Position numbers and translations under genes: made by a program. The notes under the pieces are model-generated. The model was not told the DNA's origin. It saw only the letters and a program-made list of their open reading frames with translations, and did not search any database. Of a stretch of DNA of 64,000 nt, positions 1-13,423 are shown one piece after another (the stretch's first letter is position 1; every line of letters begins with the position of its first letter). The stretch spans positions 7,006,001 to 7,070,000 of the forward strand of contig JAWMAR010000011.1 in NCBI GenBank assembly GCA_036785375.1, read 5' to 3'. Source of the DNA: Leucoraja ocellata (taxonomy: Eukaryota).

Positions 1-775
1 CACATTAAACTGCATCTGCCATGCATCTGCCCACTCACACACCTTGTCCAATTCACCCTGCATCCTCATATCATCCTCCTCACAGTTCACACTGCCACCC
101 AGCTTTGTGTCATCTGCAAATTTGCTAATGTTATCCCCAATCACCTCATCTAAATCATCAATGTATATTGTAAATAGCTGCGGTTCCAACACTGAGCCTT
201 GCGATACCCCACTAGTCACTGCCTGCCATTCTGAAAGGGACCCGTTAATCCCTACTCTTTGTTTCCTGTCTGCCAACCAATATTTTATCCATGTCAGTAC
301 CCTACCCCCAATAGCATGCGCTCTAATTTTGCCCACTAATCTTCTATGTGGGACCTGATCTAAGGTTTTCTGAAAGTCCAGGTATACTACATCCACTGGC
401 TCTCCTTTGTCCATTTTCCTAGTTACATACTCAAAAAATTCCAGAAGATTAGTCAAGCATGATTTCCCCTTCGTAAATCCATGCTGACTTGGACTGATCC
501 TGTCATTGCTATGCAAATGTGCCGCTATTTCATCTTTTATAGTTGACTCCAGCATCTTCACCTCTACGGATGTCAGGTTAACTGGTCTATAATTCCGTTT
601 TCTCTCTCCTTTCTTAAAAAGTGGGATAACATTAGCTACCCTCCAATCCACAGGAACTGATCTTGAATCTTTAGAACATTGGTAAACAATTACCAATGCG
701 TCCACGCTATTTTGAGCCATTAAGATTAAGTCGTTAAGTATACTGGGATGCAGATCTTCAGGCCCTGGGTATTTC
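1..775 (-). mobile_element. CR1 LINE ORF2 (RT) fragment
   Basis: Reverse strand reads ISKFADDTKLGGSVN, SGVSQGSVLEP and YLDFQK, CR1 RT motifs. Confidence 0.85.
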
Positions 776-2906
776 GGATGAATGATTTTAGTCTTCTTTG
801 AAAAATGCTGTATCCCCACTGAATTCCTGTCATGTGTCCATGCATCAATTCATAAAAGCATATGCAGTGGAAACAGCATTATCCCCTTATACACCACACA
901 CCTGCCCACCCCCTCCATTACTATTTTCCCCATCTGTGGTAGAGGCCACTGGTCCCACATTGATATCAGACATTCAGAACGGGAGTGGAGACAAGCTATC
1001 TTCGAACCTGAGAGACTGTCCAAGAAGAAAGGTGCTATTTCCACCTGCAGGACAATTTTGGAACCTTGGCATTTTCCTGAAAATGACACCAACTATCTTG
1101 AAACAACATCAAGAACACTCGGAGAGTAACAATGCTAAACCACTTCAAAAATGCAATTTACTGATACCATGAGTATGCAACTCTCTGGCCAGTGTACTTG
1201 CAGAATAGGAACTCAAACATTTGATAGGTCCAAGAAACTATGATGTACATGTGAAATTCCCTTATACTGGAGCAATGGCACTCCTTGATTTACAGTGGCT
1301 CGGAAAGAAATTGGGGATTATTTTGAAATTCAGAACTCCTGCGGTTCTATAAACTGTCAATGGTATCCAAACAAAAGGTGCAACAATCTGAATAGCAGTT
1401 ACACATCCCACAAATTGAATCTCCTCAATCATGTATCCCGAAAGCTATGCCGGCACAATACAATATTATGCCCTATCATGGTGCCTGTCTTAACTAACTA
1501 TTGGAATCTTCTACCCTGGATGTTATGCAATTACTTTATTTTACTTTAAACATGATCTGATTTATCTGTGAATAAGAAATGACACCTAGCAAATGTCAGG
1601 TAAGTTAGAAACTAAATAGAAGTTGAAACAATTTATGTAAAGTTATAAAAATCAGAGAAAATAAATGAAAGATTGGCTTTTATGTAAAGAGCCGGAATAC
1701 AAAGAGGGATGGAATACAAAGAGATATTCTTTGGAACATTTTGACAACTGAAATCTTGATGGTCCAAGGGCCAGTGAGAGTCAGTAATCCGATAGAAACC
1801 GGGTCAACAGACAATGGAAGCAAGCATTAGTGCAGCAGAATTTGGATCAGTTCAAGTGGATAATAGGAACAAAGTAGGAAATGAATCACTAAACTGCATT
1901 AGACAAATGTATAATAGAAACATGGAAACTGATGAGCAGCTGAAATGCTGTGGCAGTGGAGAAGGTGTAAGTGTAATTGAGATTAAAATGATTAATATTA
2001 GTGATACAAACAAATATGAGAACATATGAATAAGCAGCAGCCAACAACTCCTCAAACTTGTTCATTCAATGCAATTATTGCCAATGGTTTCCCACCTATC
2101 ATACTAAACTTTCACCCCTTGGTAATTAAGAACCTATATCTGTTTGTAAAAATATTCTGAGACTCTGTTTCTACTGACTTTTGGTAAAGTTTGGACTGGA
2201 GACTTCAATGTAATCAAACTCTTGTAATTCCTGATTGCAAACTAGGTTCAATTGTCTTAAAAGTCATACAGACCTGCTTGGCATCACGAACAGTGAAATC
2301 TAACCTTGAAATGGAGCAGAACAGAATCAGGATGATATATGGAGATGTTTGGGTCATGGCTGGTTGAAACCTAGATTGTACAATGAAGAAACAAGCTCAA
2401 GCTCACATTTTGCCAGCATGGGAATATGTCGACAACTAACAAGGAAAAAGCCCTGGGAGGGAGATCAGCTAGGAATCTTTAATCGTGTACTGTCTGTGGC
2501 AATAAATTTCAGGATGAAATTACAATTAAAGGAAACTACCTGTAATATGATTTCAAATATTAAATATTTGTGAATGGCTACAGCTTGTTCTCCACAGGAA
2601 TTGGAGGCTGGAATCTGAATATGACCCAGAGAATACCAAATTAGATATTGCAGAGAACCAAATAATTGGTCCTCTGCAATATTTACCAGTTGTGTGATTT
2701 CCATGCATAAAATTGATGACACACGAATGGAAATACTTTCATATGTATGCATACATTTGTTTCGCTGTATACACAGATGCATTCAGAGTGTGTGCCTTAG
2801 ATGCTGCTGCAAGCAAGATTTTCATTGTATCTGTATCTCCCATACTTGTGCATCTGACAATAAACTCAACTTGACTCGACTTGACTCGACTTGGTTTCAG
2901 ACTCAC

Positions 2907-2988
2907 CTGCCATAGTGCATAATTGAGGTATAATCATATTTTGTCCCAAGATTATTGGTCCGCAGTTTATCAAAATTAAATGCTTGAT
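2907..2988 (-). CDS. Astacin-like metalloprotease, coding exon 7 (Met-turn)
   Basis: (N)QAFNFDKLRTNNLGTKYDYTSIMHYG(R): YDY.SxMHY Met-turn; TTTTTTTACAG acceptor, GTGAGT donor. No further exon recognised in 1-2906, so the gene is 3'-partial here. Confidence 0.95.
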
Positions 2989-4199
2989 CTGTAAAAAAAT
3001 ACAGAATTAATTAAAATGAATTTGTTTTACATTAGTTCATAAATATTAATGTTAAGCACTGATAATAGTTGAAATATAGCCTTTAAAAAAGCAGATATAT
3101 GGATCAGTGAACTTCACTGCAGTTTATCGATTCATTCCTGATGTAATGGCAAATTTTCAACTTTTCCAGTGTCCTCTTTTCCAGTTGCCATTAATACACA
3201 GGTACAGTAGGAATGATCTTACGCAGACCCAATAGAACAGATCTTCCAGTCTTTATTTCCAGTTTAGTTGGTAGTTTATTGAGGTAGTTGTACAAACAAA
3301 GAGATGAATGTACCAGGTTTTCCTAATTCTGCATGCAAGTTGTAGCTGGTTGCTCTGTCCCTGGTCTGGTGAGAACTGTATGCACTCCCTCCCTGTGCCT
3401 GCCCTCTCCTGTCCCCTCTGACCTTACATATACACCACATATACACCTGTGTATCTAATGACCGTCCCCAAGTGTCCAAAATAATACTGCAAGATATATC
3501 TCAGCAAAATAATATGACATGTCAACAATAAACACAAATGGTCCTGCACACCGGCCCCTAATTGTCCAACGTATCTAACAAAATAATTACCAATAATAAA
3601 AAAAGGAGCTATATACATTACACCACCCTCTTTTCCTTTACACCCTTGACCACCATTGTGATTCTTGGATTAGAGGCAAGTATTCTTGTGTCCACCGTTT
3701 CCAAACGAGATCTGCCATATATAGCACCTGTCTCCATCTGCTTTTAATGTATGTCTTCCTTTACGAGTCCAGGTGGTAGTATTGGCTTGGCTTTCAACAG
3801 AAGAAGATGGTTTGGTGGGAGTGCTTCCAGGTCCATTGGATCATCAGAACTCTTGGTAATGGGTCGAGCATTTAAAATTGCTTCACCTTCACAAATTAAA
3901 ATTTGCAATCCTTCATCATCCAGAACTTGCTGGTTAAGAACAGAGCGCAGCACATTTTGAACCATGCGGATCAATCGTTCCCAAACACCGCCATGATGGG
4001 ATCCTGCTGGGGGGTTAAAGTACCACCTTATCCCTCATTGAAGCATAGCACTCTGGATCGTGTCCTAATTCAAGCCATTGAATGCTTCTCTCAACTCACT
4101 TTCCACTGATTACATTTGTGCCATTGTCTGATCTTAAAGATGAAACTTGACCTAGTCGACAGATGAATCTTCGTAATGCATGAAATCTTAAAGGGTCGT

Positions 4200-5284
4200 A
4201 TATAAAGCCAACCACGGACAAGATGCCCCGCCTTTTTCTTTCGTTTTGTTCCTTGTCATGTTTTAGTTAATTTTGTTTTATTAAGTTGTATATGTGTGTG
4301 GGTGGGGTGGGAGAAACATGCTTTGGTCTCTTCCTTCGGGGGATGCGACTTTTTCTTCGGTCGTATTCCCCATCCCCGTCTCCGTCTGCGCCGAGGCCTA
4401 ATGGCGGAGCTGGCGGCATCGGAGCTGTAGCAGCGGCGGAGACCCGACTCGGTCCTGGAGCTGTAGCGGCGGCAGCGGCAGCAGCAGCGGTAGCGGAGAC
4501 CCGACTCGGCCCTGGAGCTGTGGCGGAGGCGGTGGAGGCGGCGGAGACCCGACTCGGCCCTGGAGCTGTGGCGGAGGCGGCGGAGACCCGACTTGGCCCC
4601 GAAGCTGTAGTGGCGGCAGCAGCAGCAGTGGTAGCGGAGACCCGGCTCGGCCCTGGAGCTGTGGCGGCGACAGCAGCAGCAGCAGCGGCAGAGACCCGAC
4701 TCGGCCCCGAAGCTGTAGCGGCGGCAGCAGCAGCGGAGACCCGACTCGGCCCTGGAGCTGTGGCGGCAGCAGCGGCAGCAGCAGCGGTAGCAGAGACCCG
4801 ACTCGGCCCTGAAGCTGTAGCGGCGGCAGCAGCAGCAGTGGCAGCGGAGACCCGACTCGGCCCTGGAGCTGTGGCGGCGGCAGCAGCGGCAGCAGCAGCA
4901 GCAGAGACCCGACTCGGCCCCGAAGCTGTGGCGGAGGTAGCGGCAGCGGAGACCCGACTCGGTCCTGGAGCTGTGCCGGAGGTAGCGGCAGCGGAGACCC
5001 GACTCGGTCCTGGAGCTGTGGCGGAGGCAGCGACCACCCGCGGAGTTTGAGCCGTCGCCTCAGCGCAGAGGGAGAACAAAGAGGGAAGAGACAGAGACTT
5101 TAAGATTTTGCCTTCCACCAGTGAGGAGGTGTTTGGTGAACTCACTGTGGTGGATGTTAAATTTGCGTTGATTGTGTGTTTTTGTCATTTTTTTAATTAT
5201 ATGTATGACTGCAGGGAAACAAAATTTCGTTCAGACCGAGGTCTGAATGACAATAAATGAATCTAATCTAATCTAATCTAATCT
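4200..5284 (+). mobile_element. Non-autonomous LINE-tailed retroposon, copy A, with internal Ala-type minisatellite
   Basis: Interrupts the BEL element; 3' hairpin, AATAAA and (AATCT)n tail; ends strongly similar to 33370-34245. Confidence 0.75.
4420..5035. repeat. GC-rich minisatellite GAGACCCGACTCGGCCC(T/C)G(G/A)AGCTGT(G/A)+(GCN)n, about 12 units
   Basis: Unit repeated directly; linker length varies by whole triplets. Confidence 0.95.
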
Positions 5285-8200
5285 TGTGTATTGTCGTTTT
5301 TGCGCCGCAATTCTGAACTTGAACACATCCGTTTTAACGCACCAGTGCAATCCCAGTGCTCTTTCCATTGGCAGATTGTCTTTATTCAAGTCCAACTCAC
5401 TGGTCTCCTTGGTTCTGTTTTCTTGTGGAATTGATGCCAATACAGCATGGCTGTTGCTGATCCACTTTGACAGCATGAATCCTCCCATTTGACAGAGGGC
5501 AGTCAGGTCTCTTACCATTTGAACTGCTTCCTGTTCCGGTACTTGCCTGAATCTGATGAGAATTCCAATGAGTGAGTTGGTAAGGTCTGGAGTCTGCAGC
5601 AGTTGGCAGTTAAACGATGTTGCTTTGAAGACTACACCACAGTCAAAGACCACCCTTAAGGTTCCTTTCCTTGAGTGATACATCCCACAATGAGGGATGT
5701 ACCAGAGTTCTCCATCACTTTGATTCAGCTGGTTCACTGGGATCATTTCAGCCTAACCGTTTTCAATCATTTCTGTGAGGCAAGATATTCATCATGAAAT
5801 TTCTCATTCTTGCCAAACTTGCATTTCGGGCTCTGGATGAGCTGATCTGCAATGCAATATTTGGCATGCCGGCGTTTTCTTGTTTGAACGGTAAGTCTAG
5901 ACAATAGTGTCCATCTGTCATCGTTGCTGAGCGATTCACAATATCCAAGAAATTTACATCCTCTCTGGACATTTCCTGTCTCCTTGCTGGTTCTTTCACT
6001 GAAGTCGTGATTGCATTGTTTGACCAGTAGCTCCTCTTGGTTTACAATGGATATTCGATTGACAGCAGCAGCAGGGCAGCCATTTTCATCCCTGCTGTCA
6101 TTGTCTCCTCTCAGGGAGGACCCACCGCAGTAAGGTCCTCACAGTGTATGGTCCATCCCCTTGGCCGTTGACCCAGCTACCAAGGTTCCAATACCTTTGA
6201 AGCATTTGTCTCAATGCCAGTCTATTTCAGAAATCTTGATATCCTTCAAGTAAGGCCATTATATCAGGTCTTGCTGTCTGGGAATGTTTAGCTAGGAAAC
6301 AGGCATGGTCTTACAGGTGAACACATCAGATAGTTGAATACAATCGTCTTTGTCCAGACTAGATATTTCCAAACCTGAGATATGATGACTGATCACAGGC
6401 TTCACTTGGTTCATGGTACACAAGAGAATATTGGTCCTTTGTCCAGTAATGTTCAGTCTTCCATAAAGCTTTCTGTGCAAGAGATAGATGAACTTCCATG
6501 ATCCTAAAATGCATATGTTTGCAACACTGTGTCCCCTTTGTGGCTCTTTACCTGTACTGGTACAATGGAGAAGATACAGGTTTCATCACCGGCTCCAATA
6601 TGCCCCCACAGACGAGGTGAGAAAACAGCATTACTGACAATTGGTTTCTCATTCTGTTCTGTATGTTCTGGTTTCTTCTGTTTGTCCTTTTGTTCAATGT
6701 GAAGTATTTCAGGGTGATTTTCGTTGCACACATCACAAGTCTAATGAGTCCTATTTTCAAACATTCAAAACAGACTCCCTTCTCCTTTAAGAAGTCTATC
6801 CTTACTCTGTGCCCCTTCTTCCTGATGTGTGGACACTGCCCCAATGTGTGACCACTTTTATTACAGAACAAACAAGAACCTTGATAATTGGTGGTAGATG
6901 CATTTATTTTCATTCCATTTGTTGTCAGATCTTCTTGCACTGGTCCTTCTACAGGTATTACAGTTGTTGCAAAACTGCTTCCTCTTGATCTTGACCTTTC
7001 TTTTGCTTTAGCAAAGGTAGAGCTTTTGACAGTTGCAATTGGCCTAGCATCCTGGATGTTTCCAAAAAGTGGATCTGACAGTATCTTCACTTGTCTATCT
7101 ATGAAGTCTACCAGGTCAGAATATCTAGCTCGATGTCTACGCTGCGCCTATAGCTGACATGCCCTATTCCTCCACTTGAGCTTGTAAGGCAGTTTTAGAA
7201 GGATGGTCTTCATATTGGAAGCAACATTCATTTCTTCCATATTGGTGAGATGTTCCATTGCACTGCAACAACCTCTAAGGAACCGTGAGAACGCTTGCAA
7301 TGCTTTCACATCCTCTGCTCTAATCACTGACCAGACAAATGCCTTGACCATATATGCAGTGGCAATCTTATGTTCATTACCAAAATGTTCTTACAGCAGA
7401 TCTTTTGCTCTTTTATAGCCCTGGGCTGGAGGCAAATGTTGGCAGCTGTGGACTGTGTCTTTTGGATGCCCTCTTGTGTATTGCTCTAGAAAATGCAAGC
7501 AGTCACTGTAATCATTAGTCTTTCTTTCCACTCCTCTCTCAAATGCCCTGATGAAAACTTCAAACTGCAAAGGATCACCATCATAAACAGGAATGTTTCT
7601 TGGTGGTAAAGTAGAAGAGAGACTTTGTTGAGCCAGAAGAGCCGTGATGTCATTTTGCCTCTGAATTAGGTCACAGATATCACCTTGGTTTCCATCATCC
7701 AGTATAGGAGGGAGTAGTGCTAACATGCCCCTGCACACTCTTTTGCATATGTCTGTACATTTTGCCTTTGAAGAGAGTATTGAGTTAGATGGGTCATAGC
7801 ATGATGGTCCATGAGTTGGTTGTTTTGGTCTAACAACCTGCTGCTTGGAGAAAGATTCAATTCCCATCTACACATTCTGCATTTGTTTATTTGATCAGGT
7901 AAGTATTCATTTGCACGTGGATTTAATTTAGTTGCTGTTTCTTTTTGAGCAGTTTTTCCCAAATAAGAGCTCATCCCATCAGATACTCTGGAGCTGCTTC
8001 TTGCTCCCATGGCCTCAAATACATTGATCTTTGCTTTGGTTGCTGCCAACTCAATCTCTAGTTCCAGCTGTTCTTTCTTTCTTTTCAATTGTTCTTATTG
8101 TGCCTCAAGCTCATGCCTTTCCTTCAGAGCAGCAACCTGTTCCATGAGAGCAGCCTTTTCTGCCTTATCTTTAATGCAAGCAAAGGACATTGAAAATGTA

Positions 8201-8361
8201 CGCGATGAAGAACTAGATTTGTGGCTTGATCTAGGTTATGAGGCATTTGAAAGACTGTCATCAGGTGCAATGTCATCTGAGTTTACAACACGCTGTTGTA
8301 TGGCAATTTCATCAATAGAATTTGTAGTTTGCTTTCCAACAAACTACACCTTTCCATTCTT

Positions 8362-8427
8362 TCCATCCATCCATCCATCCATCCATCCATCCATCCATCC
8401 ATCCATCCATCCATCCATCCATCCATC
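8362..8427. repeat. (TCCA)n microsatellite
   Basis: Perfect tetranucleotide run. Confidence 0.97.
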
Positions 8428-8997
8428 TACTACGCTAAAACGGTACAGAATAGCGCTAAACTTTTTCCACAACCTTACTCACAATTGTCCTGTGGTTGTT
8501 TGTGTCAAGTGTCATTCTGATTGATGTCATATTTCAAGTTATTGACATTTTTAGATTTACAAAACCCCAATTTGAGAAACATTTCTTCCCTGTGCTTACA
8601 GCTACGAAGTCACAATGGGATTGTAGCTCTGCTCACAACATTGTTGCTATCCAAGTGCACAGCCCTGCTAGATCTAGCAAGTACAAATGCATTTTTTCTT
8701 AAAGTCAGTACACTGATTTCTTAAAGTCAGTACATGATAGGGGAGAGATGAGGGAGGGAGTGACTGAGGGTAGGGAAAATGAGAGGGAGGGAGAGGTGAG
8801 GGAGGGTGTAGAGGAAGGGAGGAGAGGGGAGAGAAGAGGGAGGGTGAAGAGGAGGGGGAGGGAGTGTATGCCTGCACAGCTGGGGGCTATGGGTGAATAG
8901 TGGAATATTGCGTTGGGGGAACGGGTTGCATGGGCGGAATGGGTGAATGTTGGAATATTGCATTGGGGAACGGGGCCCGATGGGTCCCACGGTCCAG
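8424..8997 (+). mobile_element. Probable non-autonomous Helitron
   Basis: 3' hairpin GGGGCCCGATGGGTCCC followed by GGTCCAG|T (degenerate CTAG); body similar to 38843-39720. Confidence 0.5.
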
Positions 8998-9123
8998 TAC
9001 ATCATTTCATATTATATCATATCATATACTTATTAAAAGTCTCATCTTGTATGTGTGTATATGTGGGTGTCTTTACATCTTTGCAAAAACATTACCCGGT
9101 AATGATAACATTTTTACATATTC

Positions 9124-11158
9124 TTTTTTTTTTGTATAATATTTTTATTAGAAGCATATCCATATCGTAATCAAATTACATATTGTTAATAGCTGGGATC
9201 TCAGCTATCAAAATAGTTGGGGTTCTCGTTTATCAATTACATATTAACTCAGCTTCTATTTGTTGATTTTTTTTAGAGATGGAAAGAAAGAAAAAGAAGA
9301 TTTTAAAAATAGAATAAATTACCAATAATACAGCTTTGGAGATAGGTCCGTAGATTATAAAACATAACTATTCATCTAATCCTGGATGCAAGTTTCAGTC
9401 AGGCCTCCGTGCTGGACCAATTTACCCTTTCAGAAAATCAATAAATGGAGACCATATTCTAGCAAATAATTCTGGTTTGTCAATTAAGACAAGTCTAATA
9501 TTTTCCAAATGTAAGGTCTCCGACATCTCCATAATGCACATATTTATTGTGGGGGTTGTTGGGTTTTTCCAAAATTTTAATATAAATTTTTTCTCAATTA
9601 TTATACTATAATCAAAGACATTTCTTTGGCGTGTTGTAATTTTTAGGCTTTCTTCTGATATTCCTAATATTATTAGTTTTGGGTTGGGATCCAATTGGAT
9701 ATTAACAACTTCAGAAATAATATTTAAAATATCTGTCCAGAAATGTTGAATTTTTATACAATTTACAAAGGTATGAGTTATATTAGTCTCTGAATATTGA
9801 CATTTGTCACAGATAGGGGAGATATTTGGAAACATTCTATTTAATTTTGTTTTCGAGTAATGTAGTCTATGTAGTACTTTAAATTGTATGAAATAATGTC
9901 TGGCATTTAACGAGCATTGATGTATATGTTGTAGACTTTCGTCCCAAATATCATTCATTATAGGTTGATCTAATTCATTTTCCCATGCTTGTCTATATAG
10001 TTCCGTCGACGGGACCTCATTTTCTAAAAGAATATTATAAATGTGAGATATTAATTTATCGGTATTAGGATGTTTATTCAAACATTCATCAAGAGTCTCT
10101 GGCTCTCTAGTTCTATAGTCTTGTGTGTGTGATTTAACATAATCTCTAATTTGTAAATATCTAAAACAATATTTGAATGTAGTCCATAATTCTGTTGTAA
10201 CTCCTGAAATGAAAGAAAAGTACCTATAAAGATGTCCCACCTTTTTAAATTCCACAATTTTTCCATTGTATAAAACCTTTATCCAACACAGAGGGTTTAA
10301 ATGAAGGATTATTTACAATGGGGAGAAAGAATGATAAATTATCCAATTTTAAGGTCTATTTTAATTGTTTCCAAATTCGTATACCACTATATATTATAGG
10401 ATTTTCACTACAGGGAATCGAGCCAATTTCAAAAGGCAAACAATCTTCCTTTTCCATCTTTAACCAGTCTGGTTGCTGATCCATATCTTCCAACCAGAAG
10501 TTCATATTTTTAAAATTAACTGCCCAAAAGTAAAATAAAAAATTTGGTAAAACTAATCCTCCGTTCATCTTGGATTTACATAATTTTTTTTTAAATTCTA
10601 TGGTTCTTATAATCCCAAATAAAACTTGTGACAATAGAAACAACTTTAAAAAAATAATTTTTTGGGAGATATATCGGGATTGATTGAAAGAGGTACAGTA
10701 ATTGCGGAAGAAAAATCATTTTTATGGCATTAATTCTACCGAGCATTGAGGTGGGAAGTGTTTTCCAATACTGAATATTCTTATGCAGTTTATTAAATAA
10801 AGGTGAAAATTTTAATTTAAATAAAGAAGTATATTTCTTAGTCACATAAATTCCTAGATATTTAAATTTTCCGATGACTATTTTAAAAGGAGATTGTTGC
10901 AATGTATGTAGGTTGAGTTCCGTTATTGGCATAATTTCACTTTTGTTCCAATTAATTCTATATCCCGAAAATGAGCCAAATTGAGTTATAAGATTTAACA
11001 AGTTTGGAATGCTAGTTTCTAGATTTGTAATGTATATTAATACATCATCTGCATATAAAGAAATTTTATTAACTGTATCTTTAGTATTATACCCATATAT
11101 TTCTGGGTGGACTCTAACACTTTCTGCCAGTGGTTCAATAGCAAGGGCGAATAATAAC
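9124..11158 (-). mobile_element. 5'-truncated L1-clade LINE (ORF2 C-terminal half)
   Basis: LLFALAIEPLA, ISLYADDVL, FKYLGI, GRINAIKM, GGLVLPNF and C-terminal CxxC..H..C; AATAAA plus poly(A) at ~9124-9148; frameshifted. Confidence 0.9.
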
Positions 11159-11159
11159 C

Positions 11160-12406
11160 CCCTTCCTCTCTACCCCATTCCACTCTACACTCTCCCCCTC
11201 CTCTCTACCCCTCCCCCTCTGCCTCCTCTCCCTCTCTCTCCCTCCATCCTCTCCCTGTCTCCCTGCCCCCCTCCCTCTCTGCCCATCTACCTCTCTGCCC
11301 CCCCCCCCAGGTAATTCACACTCCCCCCCCCCCCGGGTTATTCACACTTCCCCCCTACCCGGGTTATTCACACACTCCCCCCCACCCGGGATATTCACAC
11401 TCCTCCCCCTGGGTTATTCATACCCCCGACACAGCCGAAAAATACGCTGCCGATGGAACAAAGGACGAGCCCGGAGATGAAGTCGGGGCCTGGACTGGAG
11501 ACTGTGGCGGCTGAACTGACGGCTGCATTCCATAGCCAGGACTGGGATGAGTACGAGAACCAGGACGAGTTCCAGGCCCTGGCGCTGCTCTACGACCTAG
11601 GTAGGTGCTGCCTCTACACCCTCCCACTCTCTACCCCCTCCCCCCTACCCCAGGTTATTCGGACCTTTCCCCCACCCGCCTCCCGCACCTTTCCCCCCAC
11701 CCTCCTCCCCTGCCGCCGTAGCCGGCCGGAATTGAGCTGGGGTGCCGCTGCTTCTCCGCACAGCCAGCGCCCAGAAGAATTGTGAACCCCAGCTCAAAAA
11801 GGCAACTAACACCCCCGACCTCTCCCCCTCTCCCCGGATTATTCACACATCCTGCACTCCCCTGCTGTCATGACGCCCCGGCTGGCGTTTTACGCGACCA
11901 TCAAGAGGAAAGGGTTTGGAGGGGCCTCGTGCGATGTCCTGTGCGGTTCGGTACCCTCTGGTTCGGGGGGGGGGGGATCATGTGGCGGCACCTGATAGCA
12001 ACCTAAGGTCACGACTACTGTCAGCTCTAGAGGGTGGCATCTTAGTGGGGGAGGCACGAGTCGTGGGGTCAGTACCCGAGTTGTTATTTATGGCCGGGCA
12101 ACGCCCGTGTCAGGTGAGGAGTAGGGAGTTGTATTACAGAAGAGTAAACAGGTCTAGTGCGCACAACTTGTGTCCTACTAGTGTTTGGCTGGACTCCGGC
12201 ACAGCATCACACAGGTGCGCGAAGATTTTGAGCATCCCAAAATCATGGGGCCCCGCACGCTACCACGCATCACTGCATACGCCACCATGCCTCACCACGC
12301 GCATGCATGCCATGCGCACGTCATGCGCGTGTCACGCGCGCATCACGACGCACCAACCAATTTTGAGGGTGTCGAGCAAATGACGCCCAAGTGAAACAGG
12401 GCCTAA
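11160..12406. mobile_element. Possible PIF/Harbinger-derived non-autonomous element (one end visible)
   Basis: CpG-rich body ending CCAAGTGAAACAGGGCC-TAA (Harbinger-like TIR plus TAA target); no matching left TIR seen; includes C-rich repeats. Confidence 0.4.
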
Positions 12407-12499
12407 ACCAACCTTTCTGCATTTTTGTCCAACTCATTTAAATATATCACAAACAACAGTGGTCCCAGCACAGATCCCTGCTGACTCCTGGCTGTTTAA

Positions 12500-13195
12500 A
12501 AGCATAAATTATTTTCTAATTTGGGAGAAAATTCAGAAATCGGAGATGCTAAGTGGAGGATTCCCAAAGCATTAATTTGCAAATTGAATCTGTAGTAAGA
12601 AAGTCAAGCGCATTGCCAGCATTTATTTCAAGAGGGCTATAATACAAAAACAGGGATGTAATGTTGAGGTATTTTGAGTAATTTTGGCCGTCATATCTGA
12701 GGAACGATGTGCTGGTTCTGGAGAGCGTCCAGAGGAGGTTTACGAGAATGATCCCAGGAATGAGTGGGTTAACATATGATGAGCTTTTGACGACTGGGCT
12801 TCTATTCGCTGGAATTTAGAAGGATGGGGGGGGGGACATCTTTGAAACTCACCGAATAGTGAAGTGCCTGGTTGGAGTGGATGTAGAGAGGATGTTTCCA
12901 CTAGTGGGAGAGTCTGGGAGCAGAGGTTATAGCCTCAGAATTAAAGGAAGTTTCTTTAGGAAGGAGGTGGAATTTCTTTAAGTCAGATGGTGGCGAATCT
13001 GTGTAATTCATTACCACAGAAAGCTGTGGAGGCCAAGTCAATGGATATTTTAAGGTAGAGATAGATTCTTGATTGGTATGGGTGTCAGGGGGTTATGGGG
13101 AGAAGACAGGAGAATGGGGCTAGAAGGGAGATCAGCCATGATTGAATGGCGGAGTAGACTTGATGGGCCGTGTGGCCTAATTCTGCCTCCTAACA
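12500..13195 (+). mobile_element. CR1 LINE 3' fragment
   Basis: LESVQRRFTRMIPG motif and the 3' UTR GATGGGCCG..GGCCTAATTCTG hairpin. Confidence 0.85.
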
Positions 13196-13244
13196 CATTA
13201 ACTTAGATATATCAGTATCCAAAAGGGATGTTTAATTTTCTTAC

Positions 13245-13423
13245 TTTTCATAACATTTTGCCATAAGATCCTGATATAGGAGTCACGGTCACTCCTGCAG
13301 TGTTCATGCTGAAAACCGATTGAATGCAGAAATTCATGTTCTATTATACCAAAGTACAAGCAAGATCGCTGGTTGAGTGATAATATCTGTTGTTGTCCCG
13401 TAAATCCAACAATTGCATAGCAT
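13245..13423 (-). CDS. Astacin-like metalloprotease, coding exon 6 (zinc-binding active site)
   Basis: (G)CYAIVGFTGQQQILSLNQRSCLYFGIIEHEFLHSIGFQHEHCRSDRDSYIRILWQNVMK carries the astacin signature HExxHxxGFxHExxRxDRD; TTGCATTCCCAG acceptor, GTAAGA donor; 179 nt. Confidence 0.96.

Larger units (their letters stand above)
3142..8340 (-). mobile_element. Degenerate BEL/Pao LTR retrotransposon (gag-protease-RT-integrase fragments, probable 3' LTR)
   Basis: Gag YDGDPLQF..FIRAF and Cys knuckles (6548-8088); protease region IVPVQVK (6292-6731); RT WYIPH..RVVFD (5273-5746); integrase ALRRFICR..SDNGTN and EAILNARP..PNHLL (3744-4181). PPT-like AGGGGCCGGTG precedes a TG..CA segment at ~3142-3548 containing AATAAA. 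Confidence 0.88.

Noticed and set aside
780-2800. Candidate terminal astacin exon or separate gene
   Set aside because: No AFS..PTI..GQR..LY.C-type sequence with splice sites found; the short ORFs carry no recognisable motif.
4420-5035. CRISPR-like repeat/spacer appearance
   Set aside because: The 'spacers' are GCN triplet runs rather than unique sequence, there are no cas genes, and the context is vertebrate.
4267-5145. A real antifreeze or mucin-like gene
   Set aside because: No signal peptide, splice structure or regular Thr periodicity; it lies inside a repeat whose sister copies lack the frame.
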